Below are positions 1 to 10,200 of a DNA stretch of 64,000 nucleotides, piece after piece. The translations under genes and the position numbers were made by a program. Source of the stretch: Selaginella moellendorffii (taxonomy: Eukaryota > Plantae > Lycopodiophyta); assembly GCF_000143415.4 (NCBI RefSeq), contig NW_003314268.1, positions 2,000,494 through 2,064,493 on the forward strand. The letters run 5' to 3'. The notes under the pieces were generated by a model. It saw only the letters and a program-made list of their open reading frames with translations. It was not told the DNA's origin and ran no database searches. Within the stretch, counting starts at the first letter, position 1. Every line of letters begins with the position of its first letter.

Positions 1-1138
1 GTCCGAGATGTACCGTAGCATGACTTGCGTGTTAGATCTGTCCAGGAGAAAATCCCCGAGCAACTGAAGAATAAAGAGGGAGAAGAGCATTAAAAAAAAC
101 AAAAAAGCACACACACACACACACACAGGCCCACCTTGAGAGATTGCCGTTTTGTGACATAGTTGCTGGAGCTTAGCAGCCGCTCGTACAGCTCAAAAAA
201 CTGATCACGACACCCAAGTGAAACATTTGAGCTGTGGCGACGCTTACCTGGTCATAGTGCGAGTTAAGGTAGTTATTTACAACGCTCCCATGCCTGGTGA
301 GAAGCTCCTGCGCCAAACGTAAACGTAACAGAGAAAACAGCGCAGAGGGCTACCTTAAACGTGGTGAAGGCATCCGAGGCAATATCGAAGTTGGGAAGCT
401 CCACGAGTTTGAAAAACAGCTCGAAGCTGGCCGACTCGAGCATGTATCTGGAAAGCGGGCGACAGCTAGTAATGCAACGAATGCGTTGCATGGGCGATTT
501 CACTCACGCTGCTAGGCTTGCAAAGCGGGAGCACTCCCTTAGCATGACGCCACAGTTGAGAGCAGTGTCCTTGTTCTGATAGCTGCACCCTCAGCCAGGC
601 TTTCATAATAGCGCGACAGCCCGTTGTTTGCCTACTTACCACGAGATGAGGAAATCTAGAAGCTCGGGGTGATTTTCCAGGCAGTGTACCGCGAGGCCAC
701 CCTTTTGGCGCAGAAGAATGCACCATACCTGGACTGTATCCTTCCTTGCCTGCCGATCAATCAATGAGCTGGCGAAATGCACACACACAAACGCTCGTTA
801 CCTCCCAGCCTAGATTAGGGAGCTTGTGGATGAGAATTTCCAGAAAGTCATCCTTGCACACCTCGGCTACAAGCTGCACAACCAGATCTGGGCTGGGCTC
901 TGCCTCGCCATCGCCGAGGATCATGTGTTTCATGGCCAAGAGGTTCTTGTCCACTTCCTCGAGCGCCTGGAGGGGAGAGAGTGGGAGTGGCATGAGAACA
1001 GCTCTTTCTGTTTACCTTGTCCAGCAGCCGCACATCCGCCACGGTCTTGTCATCCAGGGCAGCGAGCGCGTCCCGCGTCGACTTGACGAGCTCAGCTGCG
1101 CTCTTAGGTCTGAATGGCTTGAAGAAAATGAAGGACAT
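1..1138 (-). CDS. MO25: MO25/CAB39-family scaffold protein, multi-exon, 3' end beyond the left edge
   Basis: Exons MSFIFFKPFRPKSAAELVKSTRD, ALEEVDKNLLAMKHMILGDGEAEP..LIHKLPNLGWE and FFKLVELPNFDIASDAFTTFK are typical MO25 motifs, joined by short GT-AG introns. Confidence 0.92.
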
Positions 1139-1329
1139 AGCTCCCTAGGTTCAGGTCAGGGTTTTGATTCATACTTATTTCTCAACAGGGGGAAACAAAT
1201 GTACACAACATCACATAAGACCCCAGCCCACAAGCTTTGCATGGCAGACTGGACAGTGGCCCCGTGCCCGGACGCACGACGAACAAAACGATGCGTGGCC
1301 GCAATCCTGGCAAAACACACACATTTAAA

Positions 1330-2947
1330 TCACTCGAGAGGGGGCGTGAGTTTGCTTACCGTGAGACGAGTAGCGCCGCCACGCGCACGCGGCCTCTCAA
1401 CACACAGCATGCAGAGCTCGTCTCCAAAGAGGTTGTGCTCTCTGCCCTGCTGCTGCTGCGGCAGCGCAGGCAAAATCTCCCGGAAGAAATCGTACTTTGG
1501 AAAGTCAAAAGGCGTGGTGGACACGTCCAGGGAGGAGGTCTTGAGGGAGGGAGCGCTTTCCTGCGCTATTGACAGTGGCAGTGGCAATCCCCCGTTGCCG
1601 AAGACACTAAACAAGCTGGATTCCACCTGAAGTGAATGCTGGCTGGCGTGGCTGGCGACTTGCTTCGCTCTGCCATGGCCATCAGGCTCTGCCTCCCTTC
1701 CATCCCTCGACGACGCTCCGGCAGCCTGGAGGTGACGGAGCCAGGCACGGTGCGGGGGAAAGGGGACGTCATCCAGGCCGGGAGCCCCGCTGCCGCTGTT
1801 GCAGTTGCTGGTGCTGGTGGCCGCGGCAGCCACAGAAACCGGTGAAGGGGAGGAGGAAGACGGAGTCCTGGACGACGCGAGTTGGTGAGAGAATGCCTTT
1901 CGAGGTGGTGGCTGATAGTAAAACTCAACCCCGTTGATGACATGTTCACGCTGAACAAATTCACCCCTTCTCTTGCACTCGCACAGTTCCCTGTACTTGG
2001 CCACAGCCTGCTCTACCAGGGCCACCGCTGCCTGGACTAGAGCCTTCTTGCCCTGGATCCTGAAGAGTCTCATTGGAACCCCCGTGGCGCTGTTGCTGAG
2101 CCGGCATGCAGACGATTCCGTCCACGACTGGATGATGGCACCTGTCACCTGACCGATGAGCCTCGCGGAGATGCCCCGAGCGCCAATGACAAAACCCGCT
2201 GCTAAAAGTGTGACCCGCATCAGAGCTTGCGTTCCCGCTGCTTGGTACTCTGTGCTCACAACCCGGTGATCTTCCAGCGCCAAGTCGGAGCTCTTAGAAG
2301 CAGCAAAGTTGGTTACTTGCGTCAATGCCAAGCCCACAGTCCCGTTTCCCGAGCGAGGGCCCCTCGCCAGTTTTCTCCGGTTGTCCACAAGAGCTCTCGC
2401 CTGTTGCACTTGCTGAGAGGTGGCTGGCTGCTCTGCTGCATCTTGTGCTGTAGCTTGTTGGTGGTCCTTATAAACAACGGGCCAAGAAGGCACTGCAGAG
2501 CTCGACGAGGACGACGAGGACGACGACCTGCTCTCCCCTGTTCCACTCTGCTGTTGCTGCTGCCGCGCATCGCTGCTCCTCGTCTGCTGCGCGCCTCCCT
2601 GCGAGCAGCAGCTGTTGCTCAAACCCAGCCCTGATGCCTCTCGAGCGAGCTTCTCAGCGTCTTCTTTGCGACGCTGTCGTTCAAGGCGCTGCACCCTCTG
2701 TTGCTCCACCAGTGCATCAATCTCCTGCTCTCAGCACAAGCACCAGCATTTATTCTCACAACACGGGAACTCAACAGGCACAAGAGAAGTGTACCAGGCG
2801 CTGCAAGCGTTCCTGTTCCTCGGCCCGAAGTTTGAGCGATCTAGCCTGCGCCTTGCGCCGCTGGGCCGCCTCCCGCTTAAGCTTTCTACTTGTTGTTGCT
2901 GCTCCTGCTGCAGTCGACTCCATAGCGCTCGCCACATATCTGCACAT
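1330..2947 (-). CDS. Uncharacterised KH-domain-like protein with N-terminal coiled coil; start uncertain, possible extra exons up to about 3340
   Basis: The 459-aa ORF contains AAGFVIGARGISARLIGQVTGAIIQS (KH GxxG loop) and RLFRIQG..VQAAVALV. An upstream exon (RKLKREAAQRRKAQ..LQRL) splices in frame. Confidence 0.6.
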
Positions 2948-4659
2948 CCCCCTGTCCTGGAATCAGAATATTATGCCCCGTCCCGGCATTTGGCACGACC
3001 CTAAAACGCCATAACTAACTGCCTGTAAGGGATTCCACGAACAGCCATTTGAGCTCGGTCATGTCCTTCACGTTGTAATGCGCATTGAAATGGTTTCCTG
3101 GGCGAAGAACTGGCTCGGGAGATATCTGCTGGAAATCTGTGAGTTTCTTCCGGAACAATTGAAACATCCCGGTTTGTCTTGCGATTTCCTCAAGATTTCC
3201 CTCGGCAGCAGCAGCATTTTTGGCGTCGGTCACGCGGCACTGGAAGATTCCGGTTTCCGGCAGGATTTGCGATTAGATCCTATGAAACAGTGAATTTTGT
3301 AAACTCTAGCAGCGAAATGAGACGAAAATGGTTACCACCATGACTTGATTCGCAGGAAGACTCCACTTTGAGCAGAGAGAGAGGTCACCGCGTCCTCACT
3401 GCAACAAAGTTTTTTCATCGTTTTCTATCATCAAACCAAAAAAATCTAGTCCATCTTCGGTGTTCTTGACACCTTGGTAGTTGCTCCAGGCTCCAAACAA
3501 TGGAAACCAGGAACGGGCATACCAGCTGCTAAAAACCAAAAGAGCTCTTACTCGAGGCGAAGAAAAGAGAACAAAAAATTCTTGCACTCGTGATTTAGTA
3601 ATGGCATCGACCCTCGCACAGCTTCAAACTTGTTGTCGGAAGATCTCGATGGCACGGCAAAATTCTCATCGCCAGCTTCCACGCCAAATCGTCCCTGCTG
3701 CTCCCTTAACCCGCTGCTCCACTCATTACTCCAATCCCGATCCCGGGCCCTGCCACGGTCCCCGCCACTTCCGAGGTGCTCGATCTCGCGCTCACATTTT
3801 TAAATTTTCGAATGGGTATAAAACTCTTTTTAGGTGCAATCCAAACGATTGAAATTGTTAATTGTATCATATTTATTTATTTCCCTATTTGTGAGTTTTT
3901 TAGGTTTTATCTATATAATTTACATGTATCATATTTTTTTAACTTATTTTCTTTTATATTTGTTTTATGGGTTTTTACTTTTTATCCATCTAAAAGTTGT
4001 AGTGGAAATTTTTAAAAATTACTTTAGTGATTATAAGCTACCTATCAATGAAAATATATTTAAGGTAATCTTTTTTTTTCCCTCTATATTTGTAATAATG
4101 CAGCATAAAACATTAAAGTTAAGTAAAAAGTAAAGTTAACTAATGATGGATTAAAATCAATTGCTATTTATAGAGCAAAATAGATGAAGTTACCTACAAA
4201 TAATATAAAATAAAAAGAAGCAATAATAAAGATTTATAATTGATTTTTTTTAATGTTTTTTGTTTATGTTTAAAATATGATTCTAAAATAGCTGTGTATT
4301 CATATTAAGTTGTGTAATAGAAAATTAATGTAAGGACACTAAAACGTTGTTATTATTGTAAATTATGCCAATATTGCAAAGATTTATATGATTAAAAATT
4401 TCAATAGAGAAACTTACCAAGAATATTTGTAAGAAAAATGAAAAATAAAGTTAATTATGAATAGCCATTAAATTTTAGATTAAATTTTTTATATACTCTT
4501 AAATGTTACAAGAATAAATAATGAGTTTTAGTTAGAAATCTTTGGTGGTTTTTGAAAATAAAAAACTTTATACATACTTATCGTTTCACTTCTTTTTCAC
4601 CACCATACTCAATTTTTGATATGATATTTGGATTGTCAAACATGGATAATAAATCCATA

Positions 4660-6066
4660 TTTTAGACTCTCCATGGCATCACGGTTGCTAGTGGCAACAC
4701 CCTCGAACCCCCACTTGATTCTCCACTCCCAACTGGCATAACTAACTTTGGTTATGCCCTTCGATTCCTATGGTTCGGTTCTATCCCTTTACTTCTTGCT
4801 TTTGGCTTTACACCTTTCCTTTGGTCATACTCTTCCAGACTAGGAGGATAGCTTTGCACTTTCTATCATGCCTTAGCAAGTATTCTTAGGAATGAACCTA
4901 CCTGATAGCCTAGGGAGTGGTTCCTCAATTCAGGTATGCTCACCCTATAATCCCACACATCAGGATTACGTTGTTGCTTACGGGCCTTTACATGCCCATC
5001 ACTAGCCTTGCCAAAATTCCATTTTTGGCTTTGTCCAATTCGAGTAGACAGTCTTCTCCTGTCTCCGCCACCTTTGGACATTTAGATAACACTTTCTATC
5101 CATCATTCGCTAGGGACTTAGTCCCTTGGGCCTTATTTATTACCCTCGCAACATCAAACACCACCTCCTGGTGTTCTAGAGTGTTCAGGTGTCCCAATGA
5201 TGGCTTCCTTGACAATGAGTATTTCCTTTTATGACATTGACTTACTATATCACAACATAAGTAACTCATCCCCCGTAAGGGTATGTCCAACTTCCCTATG
5301 CCATTAAGAAGGCTTGGGTAGCTACCTTCTACCCATTTAACCAATTATTTTGCATCTCTTGCTTAGTTGCCTCATAGTTGTCAAGTCCTACAACTCATTG
5401 CTGGTGCTTCCACACCTCCATCATTATCTGGGTCACCACACTTCAACTGCATGCTCTGCCGCTTAGGCTATGCCATTCCCATTTCCATTAGGATTCCTTT
5501 GGCAAGGGGTTCTCATGAACCCACCAACATAGCCTCAAGGTATCACACGTTGGCACATTTGGTGTCTCCACACCATCGGCTCCACGAGCCTACCTCTATG
5601 ACACTTCTTCTTTGTGTCTAAGTCTTTGCCAAGACCAATACTGCTCTTTCTCATGCTAACCATCTGTTAGCACTACACCATAGAGGTTACACATAACTTT
5701 GTGTCAAAGTTGTTTTATTTTTGGGAACACCTTTCCCACGACTTTAGCATGGCATATTTTGCCATCGATGAGATACCCTCTGTTCTCATCCTTGGATCCT
5801 ATGATCCCCCCCCCATCTTTCGTGGGGTACCACACACCTCAGTCCAAATGCTTCCATCAGTCCTTTTAGGACTATTCCTTGACTCTACTTGAGTCATCTA
5901 GCAGTTTTGGACTTGGTTAATCCACAAACCCGTAAGGTCCCACTTGTGAGGCACTAGCTCACTGGAATACACTTCCTGCATTCTTGTCCTGCTCAGAAGG
6001 ACTATTTTCACAAGTGTTACTCTGACACTTGTTTTGTTCTCTGGGGCAACTTCTGCCCCTTAGGAC
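4660..6066 (-). mobile_element. Degenerate retroelement-derived sequence, probably the distal internal part of the older host element
   Basis: Composition changes sharply from the AT-rich flank, and there is no intact ORF. A decayed chromodomain-like K*LVKWVEGSYP lies near 5350-5310 on the minus strand. Boundaries are approximate. Confidence 0.4.
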
Positions 6067-6071
6067 TACTT

Positions 6072-7231
6072 TGTAAGGAACCGACTCCCCGAGATGTCGT
6101 AGGCTAAAGGATCCCCAAAAGCTTGACCGAAATGACAAAGAGTTCATCGGATGGGACCAAGTCGAGGATCGAGTCCAAGACCGACTCTAGGACCGAGTTC
6201 GAGATAGGGTCCGGAATCGAGTCCAAGACCGACTCGGGGACCGAGTTCGAGTCCGAGTTCGAGACCGAGTTCGAGACCGAGTTCGAGACGGAGTCCGAGA
6301 TCCGAAATCGGGTCCGAGACCGAGTCCGAGGTCGAGTCCGAGGTCGGATCCGAGATCGGGTCCGAGATCGAGTCCGAGATCGAGTCCGAAACCAAATCCG
6401 AAGTCGGATCCGAAATCGGGTCTGAGATCGAGCCAGAGACTAAGTCCAAATACTAATACGGGTCAAGGGGTGAAAGCCCAAAGCGTGCGTCTCCCAGGGG
6501 GGGGGGGGCTGCAGGGGGTTCCAAAAGTATAGTAGGGATAGTGAGGTCCAGGAACCAGTTTTGAAGGGACTCTCCAGTTGGGCTTCCAAACCGACTTGAG
6601 GTTGAGACTGGGACCGAGGGGCCTTGGGTAGGAGTGAGCATGGACTTGGCTGGTGCCGGAGGGGCCATCCAAGGAAGTGCTCAAGAGCAGCTCCCACTCC
6701 CGAAAGGGAAACCGACTGCGGTGCTCCCGGCTCAGGTGGAGTGGTGCCCCACTTGAGTACCTTGTGGCTCATTGGTCCTTGCCCTTCCGGGGGCTTGGGC
6801 CTTCCCTTCGGGATGGAAGAGGGGGGGTAGAGGTACCCATACTGGGCCGTTAGGCCACGGTGTTTCGCCCCGACGTCCCGAAGCAAGTGTTGCACCCAAG
6901 GCTTGGGATTTAGAGGGTCCCATGATCAAGTCTTGTTGTACCAAGGGGTGTTAGGAATCTGGAGGCTTGGTGTGCTTGGTTGCTTGTGCCTGCGGGGAGT
7001 GTAGCCGAACCTTAAGTCCAGTCTAACCCGGGGAGGGGGATTGGGAGAGATTTGGGAATCCGTAGATGGATGGCTAACACTCCGTTGCTCGTGCAGTAAG
7101 TAGCTGAAACCAAGTAGGAGCTAGTACATAGGCGAGAACCTTGGCGAGGGAACTTAGCACAAGCCAAGGCAGAGTTGGTTGGATAGGCGAGGTAAGCTGG
7201 TAAATTGGAAAGGAAAAATTTGTGGCTTACA
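6072..7231 (+). repeat. 5' LTR (1160 bp)
   Basis: Starts TGTAAG and ends CTTACA. Near-identical to 12465-13625: roughly a dozen substitutions, mostly transitions, plus one extra G, counted by eye. Confidence 0.96.
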
Positions 7232-7234
7232 ATT

Positions 7235-7247
7235 TGGTATCGGAGCC
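7235..7247 (+). promoter_or_regulatory. Primer-binding site (tRNA-iMet type)
   Basis: TGGTATCGGAGCC lies 3 nt after the LTR. It differs from the plant iMet PBS consensus TGGTATCAGAGC by one G:U-compatible change. Confidence 0.9.
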
Positions 7248-7290
7248 TCTTTCTCAGTTCTAGCGAAGGATAGAGGCGGATTGCTGGGAG

Positions 7291-10200
7291 ATGGCAAGGG
7301 CAGGATGTAAGCGAACCCAGGCAGAGACGGAACCTCCTCAAGAGCTGGAGCCTCCGGTCGAAGAGGAGGCGATGGATGAGGAATCCTTGCATGAGGAGGA
7401 CTCCAGTGAGGCAACTTCCAAACAGGAGTCTGGTGGTGAGGTTCGGTCATCCAAGGCTCGATTGGATGTTCTAGAAGGACAATTGGCACAGACCAATGCC
7501 TTGCTAGAGACTCTCGTACGCAAGCTAAAGCATGACGAGAAGCGGAAGAAAAAGCGAAAGACTGCGGATGCTGGCAGCGCAGAAGGTGCGGACCCTTCGG
7601 CAGGGACTGAGGCAAAACTAGACAAGGTCGAATAGACCGAAGTGGAATCAGTCCCTCAGGCAGTTCCCAAGTACAAACCAAAGCCCCCACCCGTCTTCAA
7701 GGGAGTGAACGACTATAAGGTGGTGGAGGATTGGTTTTACAATATGGAGGACTACTTCCGAGCGTTGCGATTACCAAGCTCGGAGAAGGTCCCATGTGCA
7801 AAACCATACTTGGCGGATAATGCCAAGTCTTGGTGGAGAATGACAGAGGCCAACGAAGGACCGGTGGCCACTTGGGAAATGATGAAGGTGAGGATCCGTG
7901 CAACTTACGTTCCTCCGAATGCTACTCTGCATCTAAGGGACAAGCTGAGTAGGCTGAAGCAGACCGGAACCATTCAGGAGTATGTGAATGGGTTTATGGC
8001 AAAGAGGATACTTGTCATGGACATGGGGGATATGGATGCGTTCCATGCCTTCATATCAGGTTTGCAAACCTGGGCTTGCGGCGAAGTAATGCGGTGGAAC
8101 CCGACCAACTACAAAGAAGCGTTGGATGCGGCCATCAAGGTGCATTTCAACGATAACCTGCGAAAGGGGAACACGACGGGGTCGGGATCCACGTTTAGCA
8201 AAGGGGCCAAACCAAGGGGAACGTTTAGCAGAGGGAAATTCAAGAAGAGTTTCTCTAAGAATGAGTCCTCGGGGTTCCGGAAAGGCAGATCCGGTGGGCA
8301 GCGAGCGAGTACGTGGGGGATTCAGGCGAAAAGAGACAAACCCACGGATAAGAAGGTCAAGTCATATAGCAGCGTGGGAAACAACGTATGCTACAACTGC
8401 GGTGAAGCGGGACACTTCTCGAGGGAATGTCCCTACCCGAAGAAGGCCAGAGCCAATATGGCCATCAAGTCGGGTGAAGTCCAAAATGAGGTATATGATC
8501 CAGTCCCTAACTCAAAGTTACTCATTACACGAGCAACTTTGGTAGAGAGTCGTTCGCGACATCTACTAGCCCTCCGAGGGAAGCTCGGAGGTAGATTTGT
8601 TAAGATCCTTATTGACATGGGTGCTTCGGATAATTTTGTGGCTGCAGACATAGTCCGGCAAGCCGGACTAACGGTGCAGCAGCTAGGCGAACCAAGGACT
8701 ATAGAGTTTGTTCAAGGTAGCCAAAGCACCGATGAGGTACTTCGACAAGCGAGAGTCGAAGTGGGGACTTGGAAGGTGGACATGGATTTCACCGTGTTGG
8801 ACATGGCGGGATTTGACATGATCTTCGGAATGGACTGGTTCAATCGATTCGTGGTAGCCCTGCATGGACAAGGTAGAAACCTTGTGGTACTGGCGAATGC
8901 CCAAGGAAGAAGATCTAGGGTGGAGGCCCAAGATCTAAAGGTAGGGCAAAGCAAGGCCAAAGATTCCTGCTTAAACCTGGTGTCCACGAGAGGACAACTC
9001 ACTAAAGGAACTAAGGCGGCCTTTTTGTGCTTACTCTCGGTGAAGAGTGACAAAAAGACAGGAATGGAAGAAGTACCTTTAGTGATCCAGCGGGTGTTGG
9101 ACTAATTCCAGGATACCATGCCGGAGGAGCTACCGGTGGGGCTACCCCCAGCACGACCGATAGAACATAAGATTGAGCTAGTCGAGGGTGCTGAGGCAGT
9201 GGTTCGTCCCCCTTATCGTTTGAACGAAAAAGAACTCAAGGAGCTCAAGTGCCAACTAGAGGAGTTGGTGGACAAAGGGTATGTTAGGTTGAGCAAGTCG
9301 CCGTATGGGGCGCCGGTGTTATTTGTGAAAAAGAAAGATGGATCTATGCGCATGTGCATAGACTACCGGTTGCTCAACAAGTATACAAAGAAGAACAAGT
9401 ACCCTTTGCCAAGGATTGAGGACTTGTTCGATAGGTTGGGAAAGGCAAAATACTTCTCGAGGATTGACCTAAGGTCAGGATACTACCAGATCAGGGTAGC
9501 TGAGGAAGATGTCGAGAAGATAACCTGTCGAACGAGGTATGGAAGCTTTGAGTTTCTGGTGATGCCCTTTGGGCTGTGCAATGCGCCGGCAACGTTTTCA
9601 CATTGATGAACCATATCTTTGTACCCTATCTGGATCACTTCGTGGTCGTCTATATCGACGACATTCTGATCTATAGCGAGACGCTAGAGGAGCATGCCGA
9701 ACACTTGGCGAAGGTGTTTGAGAAACTAAGGGAACACAAGCTGTATGCTAAAGAGAGCAAATGTGACTTTGCTCAACAAGAGGTAAAGTTTCTCGGGCAT
9801 GTGGTGGGCCAGGACGGGCTCAAGGTGGACCCGGAGAAGGTCCAAGCGATCCAGGAATGGGAGCGACCAGCCAATGTACATGAGTTGAGGGCATTCCTGG
9901 GGCTATGCAACTATTATCGAAAGTTTATCAGACACTATTCAAGAGTAGCCCTGCCCTTAACGGACCAAACAGGAAAAGGGAAGATGGTGTGGACAGCGGA
10001 ATGTGAGGCGGCATTCGTCCACCTCAAAGGGAAGTTGAGGAAGGTTCCTGTATTGGCATTACCAGACTTTGGTAAGGACTTTGAGGTAGAAACGGATGCT
10101 TCGGACTTTGCGTTGGGCGCAGTTTTGAAGCAAGACAACCATCCGGTAGCGTTCTTCTCGAAGAAGCTGGACAAGGCTCAACGGAAGTGGCCTGCCCACG

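Noticed and set aside
746-1630. 294-aa plus-strand ORF and similar shadow ORFs over STOP1, PUM and PHR2
   Set aside because: These are antisense or alternative frames of GC-rich real genes, with no recognisable domains.
3776-4133. Hydrophobic ORFs in AT-rich DNA
   Set aside because: The F/I/L/Y bias reflects base composition. They have non-ATG starts and no motifs.
6160-6445. CRISPR-like appearance of the repeat arrays
   Set aside because: There are no unique spacers, the units are 6-12 bp, the context is a eukaryotic LTR, and no cas genes are present.
7630-7645. Stop-codon readthrough between ORF 7291-7635 and gag
   Set aside because: The context TAG ACC GAA is not a known leaky motif, and a CAG-to-TAG change matches the other lesions.
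9590-9610. Programmed frameshift in RT
   Set aside because: It falls inside the conserved NAPATFxxLMN motif with no slippery heptamer. A 1-nt deletion or sequencing error is simpler.
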